Shown here: positions 1 to 10,627 of the stretch, one piece after another
Layout: each line of letters begins with the position of its first letter
Position numbering within the stretch: position 1 is the stretch's first letter
Assembly: GCA_019358915.1 (NCBI GenBank)
Contig: JAHHIM010000011.1
Span: 32,001 to 96,000, forward strand
Reading direction: 5' to 3'
Source of the DNA: Trichormus sp. ATA11-4-KO1
GTDB taxonomy: Bacteria > Cyanobacteriota > Cyanobacteriia > Cyanobacteriales > Nostocaceae
DNA: 64,000 nucleotides
The notes under the pieces: model-generated
What the model was told of the DNA's origin: nothing
The model's input: the letters and a program-made list of their open reading frames with translations, nothing else
Databases searched by the model: none
Position numbers and translations under genes: made by a program

Positions 1-299
1 GCAATCTAGACAATCAGATATATCTTAGTGTTGTGTCCATGTGGGAATCTATTGTCAAATATCAATTGGGTAAACTACCACTACCAGAGTCACCCGAACT
101 CTATTTTCCCAAACAACGCGATCGCCATCAAATTGTTAATCTTGACCTAGATCAAGCCAGTGTTGCAATACTTGCCAATCTACCATTATTGCATCGAGAC
201 TCGTTTGATAGAATACTTATCTGTCAAGCTTTACAACATATTTTAACTATCGCAACAGTTGATTCAGCAATCCGTACTTACTCAGTCAGCATTATTTAA
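1..299 (+). CDS. PIN-domain (VapC-like) toxin, 5'-partial at window edge
   Basis: Frame is open from base 3 (NLDNQIYLSVVSMWE..KYQLGKL) and ends with LPLLHRDSFDRILICQA..TIATVD, the usual PIN/VapC pattern. Confidence 0.85.
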   Translation, partial: NLDNQIYLSVVSMWESIVKYQLGKLPLPESPELYFPKQRDRHQIVNLDLDQASVAILANLPLLHRDSFDRILICQALQHILTIATVDSAIRTYSVSII

Positions 300-585
300 C
301 TTCTAGTCGCCATAGCAAAAACGATCGCACAACCTCAAATCTCGTCAAGCGCGATGGCGCTTTGCACCCGCCGGAGGCGATCGCATTATTTCTATATACT
401 TGTTTTAGTAAAATAGAGTACATGTATCTACAAGCTACTTCAGCTTTCTCAACACTTCTTTTTAACTAGGCGACGGCGAGATATAACAAATATTCTAGCT
501 ACTAGACCAATATCTACAAGCTAGTTAGCTCAGATACATTTTGTGATCAAAAATCCCATATTTCAGCCAAACTTTGATAGTGCGA

Positions 586-960
586 TTAAAATAGCCGAAA
601 AATGAACGGATAACGGAACGGTTGATCAGAATTAGTCAGACAATGCCACAGCGCCCAAATTGTTAGTCCCCAGTGTAGTGCAAAGCCCAAAGCCACAAGG
701 GGGAAGAATAAAATTCCACCAATGCCAAATGTGAGCCAAGACAGAATCCCGATGGGAACTCCGATGATAGTTGCCCAAAACCAAACATTGAAGTGAAAAT
801 TAATCGATTCTTTGGCGTTGCTTTTCACAACTGGGTCGTCGGAAATTAAGTTAATTACAATCGGCACCCCAATTGAGAACAATGTTGTACTAAAGAAAAT
901 TGCCCCGTGACACAGAGATGATAGCAATTTACGCTGATTAGAATCGTATCCAACTTGCAT
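586..960 (-). CDS. DUF4870-like small membrane protein
   Basis: LCHGAIF..VKSNAKESINF..PFRYPF motifs, three hydrophobic segments. Confidence 0.75.
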   Translation of the reverse strand: MQVGYDSNQRKLLSSLCHGAIFFSTTLFSIGVPIVINLISDDPVVKSNAKESINFHFNVWFWATIIGVPIGILSWLTFGIGGILFFPLVALGFALHWGLTIWALWHCLTNSDQPFRYPFIFRLF

Positions 961-1224
961 CCTGGTGGCTCCTAAACTTGGTTGATAATTCCGATTTTAA
1001 CGAACATTTAATAGGTTTAGTATTGCAGTTTACCGAACAATTCGCAATAGAGCCTACGGCACGCTACGCGAACGCAATTGCGGACAAAGGCGATGTCTTC
1101 AAAAAGATACTGAGTTAAAAACGTCCGAGTTCGTCACGCGATCGCTGCTATCCATTAAATCGAGTAGCAGGTATAACATAGAGTAAGCAACTCACATTCA
1201 ATTACTTCAAAAAGGTTGTAAAAC

Positions 1225-1485
1225 ATGGGTCGCATCAATCCGTACACCCTGCAAATGCAGATTACTCGCATGTTTGAGCAAGGACAATCATTCTTTGCTA
1301 TCACCAAAGTGCAGGACTGGTTAAAAGAACGCAAACATAATCCCCAAGATTACGACATTATTTTCCATCAAAAACCCGCGCCTCCTGGTTCCAAAGAAGT
1401 CATGGTAGTGGAAATTGAATTACGCCGTAAAGATGGAGAACCTGTAGACCCCTGGCTACAAGAACAAGTCAACCTGCATGGCTAA
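1225..1485 (+). CDS. conserved cyanobacterial hypothetical protein
   Basis: 86-aa ORF, AAGG upstream, protein-like composition. Confidence 0.65.
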   Translation: MGRINPYTLQMQITRMFEQGQSFFAITKVQDWLKERKHNPQDYDIIFHQKPAPPGSKEVMVVEIELRRKDGEPVDPWLQEQVNLHG

Positions 1486-1503
1486 TTGTTCTTTACTTCT
1501 CCC

Positions 1504-1928
1504 TCATCTCCCCATATTCTCCACCCAGAGAAGATTATTCACGTAAGTAGTATTTTGCAGCGCATTGTAAAATTTTTCGTTTGCTGTCACATCTGGCATT
1601 GTTGTGTAATCGCCAGCGCTAAGTATAAACTGTCATACACTGCGCGATTATTCTGAAGGGCAATATCTAAAGCCAGTGGCATCAATGGCTGAGATAAGTA
1701 CATCTCCAAAGGAATTGTAGTTAAATCTGCCAAAGTCTGCCTTGCATTATCAGCAGTATCTTCGCCGCCACGTACTCGTTTCCACAAGACATTTGCTACT
1801 TCTGCAAAGAAAAAATCTGGAACTAAAAAAGTATGGTTACTTTTCAGTAAACTTCTAGCTGCATCAGAGTGAACTTCAGTAACAACCCATTTTATAGCAA
1901 CGCTGGCATCTAAAACATATCGGCTCAC
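1504..1928 (-). pseudogene. frameshifted VapC/PIN toxin
   Basis: YVLDASVAIKW..EVANVLWK..VYDSLYLALA, stop at 1587; adding one G (ATG-[G]TG-ACA) restores VTANEKFYNALQNTTYVNNLLWVENMGR* ending at 1504. Confidence 0.75.
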
Positions 1929-2179
1929 CGTTCTCTATCCTCGCGGATGAGTTCAGTACTGTCGCTGAAAGTTTTTCCTGCATATCTTACCTGAGCGCGT
2001 GCCACTGCTTCTCTAGCTTTTTCCATATCGCCGCCAATATGGTAGTGTGTCGCTGTTTCACTGGCTTGTTGCAGGATGTGTTTTAATTCTTCTTGCAAAG
2101 ACCTACCGTGTTGTTTAGCTAGATTTTCGAGCTTTTCTAGAATCAAGGGGTCTAAATTTTCAATGAGGATTTGAGCCAT
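1925..2179 (-). CDS. FitA/StbC-like ribbon-helix-helix antitoxin
   Basis: MAQILIENLD..LAKQHGRSLQEELKHIL..DSTELIREDRER; 4-bp overlap with the PIN gene. Confidence 0.8.
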   Translation of the reverse strand: MAQILIENLDPLILEKLENLAKQHGRSLQEELKHILQQASETATHYHIGGDMEKAREAVARAQVRYAGKTFSDSTELIREDRER

Positions 2180-2199
2180 AGTTGTGGGTTTGTTAGTCC

Positions 2200-2335
2200 T
2201 TCATCACTCAATAATTGTAATAAATCTAAACCGCCTCCAGACAAAAATATCACAGGTGAAGCATTAACTACTGGTGGTTCAGCCACCTTCTAATTCTCGT
2301 TGTAAGTCATCAAAATCAGGAGTATAAGCGATCGC
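2200..2335 (-). pseudogene. remnant of a UPF0175/DUF3368-like TA junction
   Basis: DFDDLQRELEGG* (stop 2279) overlaps GTG at 2286 giving VAEPPVVNASPVIFLSGGGLDLLQLL, which resembles a DUF3368 PIN N-terminus. Confidence 0.5.
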
Positions 2336-2636
2336 ATCTGCCGAAAAAATACTGAATGTGTGGCTGGGTTGGTTGCAGAGGTCTCGTTGCTGCGCTCCGA
2401 ATTCAAAATTTAAAAACCCCTGAAATACATTGAATGCTTGGAAGTGAGGGTTATGTCTTAGTTGAACAATCAAGAGAGACGAGAGGCGATCAACAAAAAA
2501 CCACAGAGGCACAGAGAACACGGAGAAAAATAGCTAAATCCTAGTTTTGTTATCCCAGATGTGCAAAACAGGATTCAGCCTCATGAAAGCGGAAGGTTTA
2601 TCAACATTGTGTGAGTTGTTTTAACTCTACCATAAG

Positions 2637-2835
2637 CTTATTGAGATTAAATAGCATTTCTTATAATTATTTTTTTTCTTTTTTAAATATAAAAAGCTGG
2701 AAACATAATCGTGGCGAGTATTTGGCAGCTTGGCATATATTGTTCTTTATAAAATTTGCATAAATTAAGTGATAAATACTTTCAACAAGTCTGATACTAT
2801 ATTCCCAATACTTATTGAGATAGATACTCATTAAC
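2637..2835. promoter_or_regulatory. candidate Fur boxes upstream of the isi cluster
   Basis: CTTATTGAGAT repeated at 2637 and 2811; ATTGAGATAGATACTCATT (2814-2832) and TGATAAATACTTTCAA (2770-2785) are AT-rich imperfect inverted repeats; isi genes are Fur-repressed in cyanobacteria. Confidence 0.5.
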
Positions 2836-2883
2836 TTGTTTAGATATCTCAGTCAATGCCAAAATTTCTCAGGAACTAACGTC

Positions 2884-3912
2884 ATGACAAGCATGGCTGT
2901 GCAAACTGCGGAGTCGATTCCCTGGTGGTCAGGGAATGCCCGGTTAACAGAACTTTCAGGGCGACTTTTAGGCGCTCACGTGGCTCATGCGGGGTTAATT
3001 GTGTTGTGGGCAGGTGCGACAACTTTGTTTGAACTCGCCCACTTCGACGCTTCGCAACCGATGTATGAGCAGGGTTTGATTTTATTGCCCCACTTAGCAA
3101 CCCTGGGTTGGGGTGTGGGAAATGGGGGACAGGTGATAGATACTTATCCCTATTTTGCTATTGGGGTGATACACCTAATCAGCTCTGCCTTTCTGGGTCT
3201 GGGTGGCATCTTTCATGCTCTACGCGGGCCTGCCATCCTAGAACAGAGATTTTCTTTCTTTGGCTATCGCTGGGAAGATGCAAATAAAATGACCACAATT
3301 CTGGGTATTCACCTAGTGTTACTGGGTTTAGGCGCTAGCTTACTAGTTGCTAAGGCGATGTTTTTTGGTGGTTTATACGACTCCACTGTGGGTGAGGTAC
3401 GAGTTATTTCTAGCCCTACCTGGAATTCCGCCGTCATTTTTGGCTACCTCTTTGGTGGTGGTAAACACTGGATTGCTGGAGTCGATAATCTAGAAGACTT
3501 GGTTGGTGGTCACATTTGGGTAAGTATTCTCTGTATTGCAGGCGGTATCTGGCACATCACCACGCAACCTTTTGCTTGGGCTAAACTGCTGTTTGTCTGG
3601 TCAGGAGAGGCATATCTTTCCTACAGCTTGGGTGCTTTAGCCCTCATGGGTGCGATCGCAGCCTATTTTGTCTCGGTCAATACCTTGGCTTACCCTGTAG
3701 AATTTTACGGGCCACCTCTGAGCATTGGGTTTGACCGCTTCCCTTACTTCCAAAGTGGAGACTTACTATCTGCTCGTGTTTGGCTAGCAAATGCTCATTT
3801 TTGGTTAGGCTTTTTCTTTTTGCAAGGGCATCTCTGGCACGCCCTCCGCGCGGCTGGATTTGACTTTCGTCAGGGTAAGGTTGTGCATTCCACGCGTGGG
3901 GAGGTAATGTAA
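2884..3912 (+). CDS. IsiA/Pcb (CP43-family) chlorophyll-binding protein
   Basis: [36 protein letters not shown]; likely start ATG 2884 after AGGA. Confidence 0.92.
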   Translation: MTSMAVQTAESIPWWSGNARLTELSGRLLGAHVAHAGLIVLWAGATTLFELAHFDASQPMYEQGLILLPHLATLGWGVGNGGQVIDTYPYFAIGVIHLISSAFLGLGGIFHALRGPAILEQRFSFFGYRWEDANKMTTILGIHLVLLGLGASLLVAKAMFFGGLYDSTVGEVRVISSPTWNSAVIFGYLFGGGKHWIAGVDNLEDLVGGHIWVSILCIAGGIWHITTQPFAWAKLLFVWSGEAYLSYSLGALALMGAIAAYFVSVNTLAYPVEFYGPPLSIGFDRFPYFQSGDLLSARVWLANAHFWLGFFFLQGHLWHALRAAGFDFRQGKVVHSTRGEVM

Positions 3913-3914
3913 CA

Positions 3915-5363
3915 ATGGAAACTGCAACCATAACTCAGCCGGAATCTGGTTGGTGGGCGGGTAATGCCCGGTTTATTAATCTTTCGGGTAAACTTTTGGG
4001 CGCTCATGTTGCCCATGCTGGGTTGATTGTTCTCTGGGCTGGGGCAATGACTTTGTTTGAAATCACCAAATACGACGTTTCCCGACCAATGTATGAGCAG
4101 GGATTAATCCTTTTGCCTCATTTGGCTACGTTGGGGTTTGGTATTGGCGATGGGGGACAAATTATTGATACCTATCCCTATTTTGTTATTGGTGTTTTGC
4201 ATTTAATCAGTTCGGCCGTATTGGGTGCTGGTGGCATTTATCATGCTCTTTTGGGGCCGGAAGTATTGCCTGAAAATAGAACCTTTCCTGGGTTCTTTGG
4301 CTACGACTGGCAAGATGAAGACAAAATGACCACTATTGTGGGAATTCATTTGCTGTTGTTGGGTTTTGGCGCTTGGTTATTGGTGGCGAAAGCGCTGTTT
4401 TGGGGTGGTATTTATGACCCAGCAATAGCATCTGTACGAGTAATCTCTGAACCAACGCTCAACCCTGCTCGCATCTTTGGCTATCTCTTTGGTTCCTTTG
4501 GTAGTCAGGGAATGGCGGCTGTGAATAATCTAGAAGATGTCATTGGTGGACATATCTGGGTAGGCATACTCTGCATTGCTGGAGGACTTTGGCACATCTT
4601 CACTCAGCCTTTTGGTTGGGCGAAAAAAGTTCTATTTTGGTCTGGTGAGGCTTACTTAAGCTATAGCTTGGGTGCTTTGGCATACATGGGTATTTTGGCT
4701 GCCTACTTTGTCACAGTCAATGACACAGTTTATCCCACTGAGTTTTATGGCCCATTAGGACTGAGTACCACAGCATCAGGGGTTGTCACAGTCCGCACTT
4801 GGTTAGCAACGAGTCACTTTGCCTTAGCGATTGTCTTTTTAGCTGGTCACATCTGGCACGCGTTAAGAGTGCGGGTGATTGCGGCTGGACTGAATTTTGA
4901 GCAGGGAGTTGTTAACTATGCGGGTATGCCAGAAATGGGAAATTTCGATACCCCTATTAATGCTTCTGATATCACGCTGAATTTTTTGAAGTATCTGCCT
5001 ATTTACCGTCCTGGTTTATCACCTTTTTCACGAGGTCTGGAAATTGGCATGGCACACGGTTACTTTTTGTTAGGCCCCTTTGTCAAACTTGGCCCACTGC
5101 GGAATACAGAGTTAGCTAACCAGGTAGGACTAATAGCCACAATTGGTTTGCTATTAATTTTGTCTGTTTGTCTATGGCTATATGGCAACGCCACCTTTCA
5201 AGAAAGTAAACCCGTCGGCGAATTACCAGACAACCTCAAAACCCGTAAATCTTGGAGCGAGTTTAATGCTGGTTGGACAGTAGGTAGCTGTGGCGGTGCT
5301 TTATTTGCCTTTTTAGTGTTGTGGTCATTAGCTACTGGGTACTGGGGAATAGGGATTGGGTAA
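3915..5363 (+). CDS. IsiA-family protein with C-terminal PsaL-like domain
   Basis: IsiA core followed by [45 protein letters not shown] (PsaL signature); GGAGG RBS. Confidence 0.93.
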   Translation: METATITQPESGWWAGNARFINLSGKLLGAHVAHAGLIVLWAGAMTLFEITKYDVSRPMYEQGLILLPHLATLGFGIGDGGQIIDTYPYFVIGVLHLISSAVLGAGGIYHALLGPEVLPENRTFPGFFGYDWQDEDKMTTIVGIHLLLLGFGAWLLVAKALFWGGIYDPAIASVRVISEPTLNPARIFGYLFGSFGSQGMAAVNNLEDVIGGHIWVGILCIAGGLWHIFTQPFGWAKKVLFWSGEAYLSYSLGALAYMGILAAYFVTVNDTVYPTEFYGPLGLSTTASGVVTVRTWLATSHFALAIVFLAGHIWHALRVRVIAAGLNFEQGVVNYAGMPEMGNFDTPINASDITLNFLKYLPIYRPGLSPFSRGLEIGMAHGYFLLGPFVKLGPLRNTELANQVGLIATIGLLLILSVCLWLYGNATFQESKPVGELPDNLKTRKSWSEFNAGWTVGSCGGALFAFLVLWSLATGYWGIGIG

Positions 5364-5518
5364 TAGGGACTAGAGATGATTACAGGTAATGCTGAAATAG
5401 GATATTTCCTGAGTTCAAAACTCAAATTCTTATTCCACCGTGTTCTCTGCGCCTCTGTGGTATGCGCTGCGCGCACGCTACGCGAACGTTTACTTTAGAT
5501 AATTGATCAGGTGTAAAA

Positions 5519-6031
5519 ATGTCGAAAAAAATTGGTTTGTTTTACGGTACGCAAACTGGCAAAACTGAATCTGCGGCAGAAATTATTCGGGATGCTTTTG
5601 GTGGTGATGTTGTAACTTTACACGATGTTTCTCAGGCTGATGTTGCTGATTTTGATGAGTATGAATGTCTGATTATTGGTTGCCCTACTTGGAATATCGG
5701 TGAACTTCAAAGTGATTGGGAAGGTCTTTTTCAAGAATTAGATGAAGTTGATTTTAGTGGGAAAACTGTTGCCTATTTTGGTACTGGTGACCAGATTGGC
5801 TATGCTGATAATTTCCAGGATGCTATTGGGATTTTGGAAGAAAAGATTGCCCAGCAGGGAGGTAAAACTGTAGGCTATTGGTCAACAGATGGATATGACT
5901 TTAGCGATTCTAAAGCTTTGAGGAATGGTAAGTTTTGCGGGCTAGCACTTGATGAAGATAATCAATCTGATCTAACAGACGAGCGAGTTAAGACCTGGGT
6001 AGCTCAGTTGAAGACAGAATTTGGTTTGTAG
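5519..6031 (+). CDS. isiB: long-chain flavodoxin
   Basis: GTQTGKTE, GCPTWNIGELQSDW, FGTGDQIGYADNF, LDEDNQ. Confidence 0.96.
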   Translation: MSKKIGLFYGTQTGKTESAAEIIRDAFGGDVVTLHDVSQADVADFDEYECLIIGCPTWNIGELQSDWEGLFQELDEVDFSGKTVAYFGTGDQIGYADNFQDAIGILEEKIAQQGGKTVGYWSTDGYDFSDSKALRNGKFCGLALDEDNQSDLTDERVKTWVAQLKTEFGL

Positions 6032-6203
6032 ACAATAGAGACATGGCAATGTCCATTGATGTTAACTGAGCCAAAACGCTTTAGCTGTAAATCACCAGCA
6101 TTTTTCACAAGACTGGAAGATTAATATCTAAACTGGCTTTTAAGTGCTTACAGATGGACAATGCCATGCCTTTACACAAAATTGCTAGCTTTTACGGTTA
6201 TTT

Positions 6204-6938
6204 ATGTCTGATTCATTCGATGTTCTTTGGTTAAATACCAGTCCTGTGTTGAAGCGTTTTGACCAACCACTACTTCAATATCTGTCTGGGTACATGCAGA
6301 TCGCTCAGTGGGAATATCAACAAACAAAAGATGAAGCTAGTTCCATAGATCAAGCCGTGAGACTGCTGCATGAGTTTTTAGAATCTTACCCTGACTCGGT
6401 ACATTTAGCTGGTCATGGAATGAGTGGCGCGATCGCTTTAACTTTTGCTCGTCGCTATCCAAAAAAGGTGCGATCGCTTACCCTCTTAGCTGTAGCCTCT
6501 CAACCAGCTAACACTTGGCACGCTCATTATTATTTTCAAAGGCAACTTTTCACCATTAGTCGTGAGCAAGTTCTGGCAAATAGTGTTCGTAGTCTCTTTG
6601 GCAAACAACCGCCTCACACGACTAAAAAGTTAATGAGTGCCTTGGATAAAGATTTGGAGCAATCGCCTTCACCACATTCTCTATTCAAGTTAGTTTATTT
6701 ACCTAAGAGTGGCGTTTCTATGCCGATGATGGTGTGTGGTAGCAAAACTGATCCGATAGTCAACCCGCCAGCATTACAAGACTGGCACCATTGGTTAAAG
6801 CCAGAAGATAGAATGTGGGAATTTGCCCAAGGGTATCATTTCTTTCACTACTTTCATCCCCAAGAAGTAGGTGAGCAAATTTTGAATTTCTGGGAATGTC
6901 ACAGCAGGCGATCGCCTCTGGCGCTACGCTTTGCGTAA
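6204..6938 (+). CDS. alpha/beta-hydrolase-fold protein, IsiC-like
   Basis: VHLAGHGMSGAIAL elbow-like segment, GYHFFH; lies directly after isiB. Confidence 0.7.
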   Translation: MSDSFDVLWLNTSPVLKRFDQPLLQYLSGYMQIAQWEYQQTKDEASSIDQAVRLLHEFLESYPDSVHLAGHGMSGAIALTFARRYPKKVRSLTLLAVASQPANTWHAHYYFQRQLFTISREQVLANSVRSLFGKQPPHTTKKLMSALDKDLEQSPSPHSLFKLVYLPKSGVSMPMMVCGSKTDPIVNPPALQDWHHWLKPEDRMWEFAQGYHFFHYFHPQEVGEQILNFWECHSRRSPLALRFA

Positions 6939-7004
6939 TCGCTTGCTGTATCTGCACAGCCTTCTAGTACATCTATATATTAAGAAATGGGAGAGCAGGA
7001 GAAA

Positions 7005-8351
7005 TTAACTTGAGCGCTTTGGTGATATCAGGTGACAAAAGCGCCAAATGAATAGTCCCGCCGCAGTTGCTACACCAATGGATTGTCCTACCCACAAGCC
7101 AGTACCACCTAAGCCAAAGTGAAATCCCAAAAGATAACCACTTGTTAGTCCAATACACCAGAATGCCGGAAAGCTCAATAACATGGAAACCTGCGTATCC
7201 TGGAGTCCATAAAGTGCGCCTATTGTGACTTTTTGCACTCCATCCACAGGATGTGCCAAAGCCGCAACACTGAGCATTGATGTTGCTAGTGCTACTACAT
7301 TGCTGTTCTCTGGGTTGCGAATATCCACGTATAGCCCAATAATTTGTTGAGAAAATGCCAGCAGCATGACCCCCATTAGCGTCATAAATCCTGCCGCAAT
7401 TCCGATACTGATATACCCGGCCTGTTTTGCCCCTTCAGTGTTTTGCTGTCCTATCCACTGCCCCACTCTGGCAGTTGTGGCATAGGACATCCCTAGAGGC
7501 ACCATGAAGATCACAAACATTGTCTGGAATACAATTTGGTGTGCTGCTAGTACATCTGTACCTAAAATACCCATGAGGTAGGTAACAATTGTAAATAGCC
7601 CAATTTCTAGGGCGGCGGACACCCCAATGGGTACACCAAGCACCAACAACTCCCAGATAATTAGTAGCTGCAGCTGATTTAAACCTCGAAAAAGTCGATA
7701 GGTTTTTAGTTGCTTGTCTTGGAGTATGTATACGACTAACGCGATAAACATCCCCCAAAGGGCAATAACGCTGGCCAATGCTAAACCCACTAACCCCATT
7801 TTGGGAAATCCGAATTTACCAAATCCTAAGACGTAATTGCCTACTATGTTAAACAGCGTTCCGGCAATGACAATCACCATCACCGGACGAGCTTGCGACA
7901 GAGAAGATACAACGTTTCTCAGCATAGCGAACGCTAAAGCTGGAAATAACCCCCAAAGCACAACATCCAGATAGCTCTTGGCCAAAGTCACAGTCATCGG
8001 CTTTTGTCCCAGGAGTTGCATTAAAGAACCCATGTGCCCAATCAAAAACATTACAGGAATCGCCAATACTAGTGATAACCATAATCCCTGATGTGCAATC
8101 TGCTCTATGCGTGTTTTGCAACCTGCTCCATAAGCTTCTGCAACCAATGGAGTAACTCCCATGACAACTCCAGCTACGATATTCAAAAGTGTGAAAAAGG
8201 TGATTGACGCTAACCCCCCGCCTGCTAGGAATTCTGCTCCCAATCTACCCATCATGACTGTGTCTACAAAACCTGTAATAGATTGGGCAACTTGAGCGCT
8301 GGCTAGGGGAATGGCGATGCGTAAAATTTCCCTAATTTCTGTGCGGATCAT
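7005..8351 (-). CDS. MATE family efflux transporter (NorM-like)
   Basis: FVDTVMMGRLG, LAAHQI, ARVGQWIG, about 12 hydrophobic segments. Confidence 0.93.
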   Translation of the reverse strand: MIRTEIREILRIAIPLASAQVAQSITGFVDTVMMGRLGAEFLAGGGLASITFFTLLNIVAGVVMGVTPLVAEAYGAGCKTRIEQIAHQGLWLSLVLAIPVMFLIGHMGSLMQLLGQKPMTVTLAKSYLDVVLWGLFPALAFAMLRNVVSSLSQARPVMVIVIAGTLFNIVGNYVLGFGKFGFPKMGLVGLALASVIALWGMFIALVVYILQDKQLKTYRLFRGLNQLQLLIIWELLVLGVPIGVSAALEIGLFTIVTYLMGILGTDVLAAHQIVFQTMFVIFMVPLGMSYATTARVGQWIGQQNTEGAKQAGYISIGIAAGFMTLMGVMLLAFSQQIIGLYVDIRNPENSNVVALATSMLSVAALAHPVDGVQKVTIGALYGLQDTQVSMLLSFPAFWCIGLTSGYLLGFHFGLGGTGLWVGQSIGVATAAGLFIWRFCHLISPKRSS

Positions 8352-8400
8352 GAATGAGCTACCAAACTTTTAAAACCAAATGCACCGAAGTTGATATGTT

Positions 8401-9009
8401 CTACCTGTTGCTAATTAAGGCAATGAATGCTTGGAATGCTGCTTCTGCAAACGCAGAATTGGTAGATGTTTTACTACGGAGCAATGCACCATCCCCAACT
8501 GCAACTGCTTGTCTGGCAAGGTCAGCAGCATCCACCTTCGTTGTAATTTCACCTTTAGCCTGTCCCGCTTGGAACGCCTGAGCAAATGCTTGAATCAGAT
8601 GTTGGGTTGAGTTTTCGATTAATTGGGCGATCGCTGGTTCAAATTGACCAATTTCTGCTGATGTATTGACAAACAGACATCCCGGTTTTACCTGACACCT
8701 AGCATCTTCAACCCACATAGAAAATACGGCACGAATATTATCTAGAGGTGATCCAGACGCTTCTAATTGATTAATAACTGCCTGTACTCGTGTAGCTGCA
8801 TAGTGATTCAGTGCCTGATTAAACAGGGCTTTCTTGTCACCAAATGCATAAATCAAGCTCTGACGATGTAATCCTGTAGCATTTTCTAGTTCTGTGTAGG
8901 TTGTTCTGGAAAAACCTAGACTCCAAAAGACATTCATGGCTTTTGTTAAGACTACATTATGGTCAAACTCTCTTGGCCTTCCAGGTAAATCTTTGGTTTT
9001 ACTTCGCAT
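8401..9009 (-). CDS. TetR/AcrR family regulator
   Basis: GRPREFD..AMNVFWSLGFSRTT..LIYAFGDKKALF HTH; GCLFVN. Confidence 0.93.
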   Translation of the reverse strand: MRSKTKDLPGRPREFDHNVVLTKAMNVFWSLGFSRTTYTELENATGLHRQSLIYAFGDKKALFNQALNHYAATRVQAVINQLEASGSPLDNIRAVFSMWVEDARCQVKPGCLFVNTSAEIGQFEPAIAQLIENSTQHLIQAFAQAFQAGQAKGEITTKVDAADLARQAVAVGDGALLRSKTSTNSAFAEAAFQAFIALISNR

Positions 9010-9045
9010 GGTTATTTTATGAATTTAAATTCATAAAATAACCAT
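9008..9045. promoter_or_regulatory. perfect 38-bp palindrome at the tetR start, probable operator
   Basis: ATGGTTATTTTATGAATTT-AAATTCATAAAATAACCAT is its own reverse complement and overlaps the tetR start codon. Confidence 0.7.
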
Positions 9046-9475
9046 CAACTACTTTTACTCAAAAGTCAAGTAAATAAAATTTGCGGCGTTGCATACTAAT
9101 TTGCTTACTCATGGGAAAATATTAAATTTTGTAAAGAAACTCCTTTTTAAGAAAAACTTGCAATAAAGTAATTTTAGATGCTCAACAATTGGTTATTAGC
9201 TTCAACAAGTTTGGCAGCAATATCGTCAGATTTTCGTGGAGAGCAAAACTTGCATCAAACTAATTATTTGCGGTTAATTACACCTAAAACTCCTGCTGAC
9301 GATGTTTGTATGCGTGTATTACTGGCTTAATCTCAAAATCAGTTTTTAAGCTTCTTTACCGAGGATGGAAAGGTTAAATCGAATCTATTTAACTCACGTC
9401 AACACACCATTTAACTGCTGGAGCTATACACTAATTAATTGAGTATTTTTAGCAACAAATACCAACTACTAGGCA

Positions 9476-10510
9476 ATGCAGACATACGATAATCCCAACG
9501 TCAAATACGATTGGTGGGCTGGTAACGCCCGGTTCGCCAACCTCTCTGGCTTATTTATCGGCGCTCACGTAGCACAAGCGGCGCTAACAACTCTCTGGGC
9601 TGGGGCGTTTACATGGTTTGAAATCTCTCGCTATCAACCCAATGTACCAATGGGCGAACAGGGGCTAATTTTACTACCTCACTTAGCCACCTTGGGCTTT
9701 GGTGTGGGCGCAGGTGGTGAAGTTGTAGATACTTATCCTTATTTCGTGATTGGTGCTTTACACTTAATTTCCTCTGCCGTTTTAGGTGCTGGTGCGCTGT
9801 TCCATACCTTCAAAGCTCCGAGAAACTTGAAAGACGCGAAGGGGCAGGCGCGTAAATTTCACTTTGAATGGGACGACCCCAAACAACTCGGCTTAATTTT
9901 AGGACACCACCTACTATTTTTAGGCGTAGCAGCTTTGTTGTTAGTAGGGAAAGCCATGTTTTGGGGAGGAATTTACGACACCACAATTCATGATGTCCGA
10001 CTGGTGACGGAACCTACTTTGAATCCTTTTGTGATCTATGGCTATCAAACCCACTTTGCTAGTGTGAACAATTTAGAAGATTTAGTTGGTGGTCATATTT
10101 ATGTGGGTTTCTTATTAATTGGTGGCGGTATTTGGCACATCATTCAAGAGCCGTTTGCTTGGGCGAAAAAGCTATTAATCTTCTCCGGTGAAGCTATTCT
10201 TTCCTACTCTTTAGGCGGTATTGCCTTAGCGGGATTTGTGGCTGCTTATTTCTGTGCAGTCAATACCTTGGCTTATCCGGTGGAGTTTTATGGTCAAACT
10301 TTAGAAGTAAAGCTTGGTGTTAGTCCCTATTTTGCCGACTCAGTGAAGTTAGTCAATGGTGGTTACACTGCTAGAGCATGGTTGGCTAATGCCCATTTCT
10401 TCTTGGCATTTTTCTTCTTACAAGGTCATCTGTGGCACGCGCTACGGGCTATTGGTGTTGACTTTAGACAAGTTGAAAAGTCTTTAAACGCTATTAGTAG
10501 CGAGTCTTGA
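9476..10510 (+). CDS. isiA: iron-stress-induced chlorophyll-binding protein IsiA
   Basis: canonical N-terminus [20 protein letters not shown]; 344 aa. Confidence 0.93.
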   Translation: MQTYDNPNVKYDWWAGNARFANLSGLFIGAHVAQAALTTLWAGAFTWFEISRYQPNVPMGEQGLILLPHLATLGFGVGAGGEVVDTYPYFVIGALHLISSAVLGAGALFHTFKAPRNLKDAKGQARKFHFEWDDPKQLGLILGHHLLFLGVAALLLVGKAMFWGGIYDTTIHDVRLVTEPTLNPFVIYGYQTHFASVNNLEDLVGGHIYVGFLLIGGGIWHIIQEPFAWAKKLLIFSGEAILSYSLGGIALAGFVAAYFCAVNTLAYPVEFYGQTLEVKLGVSPYFADSVKLVNGGYTARAWLANAHFFLAFFFLQGHLWHALRAIGVDFRQVEKSLNAISSES

Positions 10511-10627
10511 GGTGAGGAGGTGGGAGAGGTTTTTTATGAGTCTCTCTCGCCTCTGTTATGTGTGATTTTTTAACGCAAAGGTACGCGAAGTTAGCGCAAA
10601 GGATCGCAAAGTTTGGAGGTATGAGTT

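Noticed and set aside
2279..2521. 80-aa ORF as a real gene
   Set aside because: Starts within a dispersed repeat; only its last ~15 codons look like a protein remnant.
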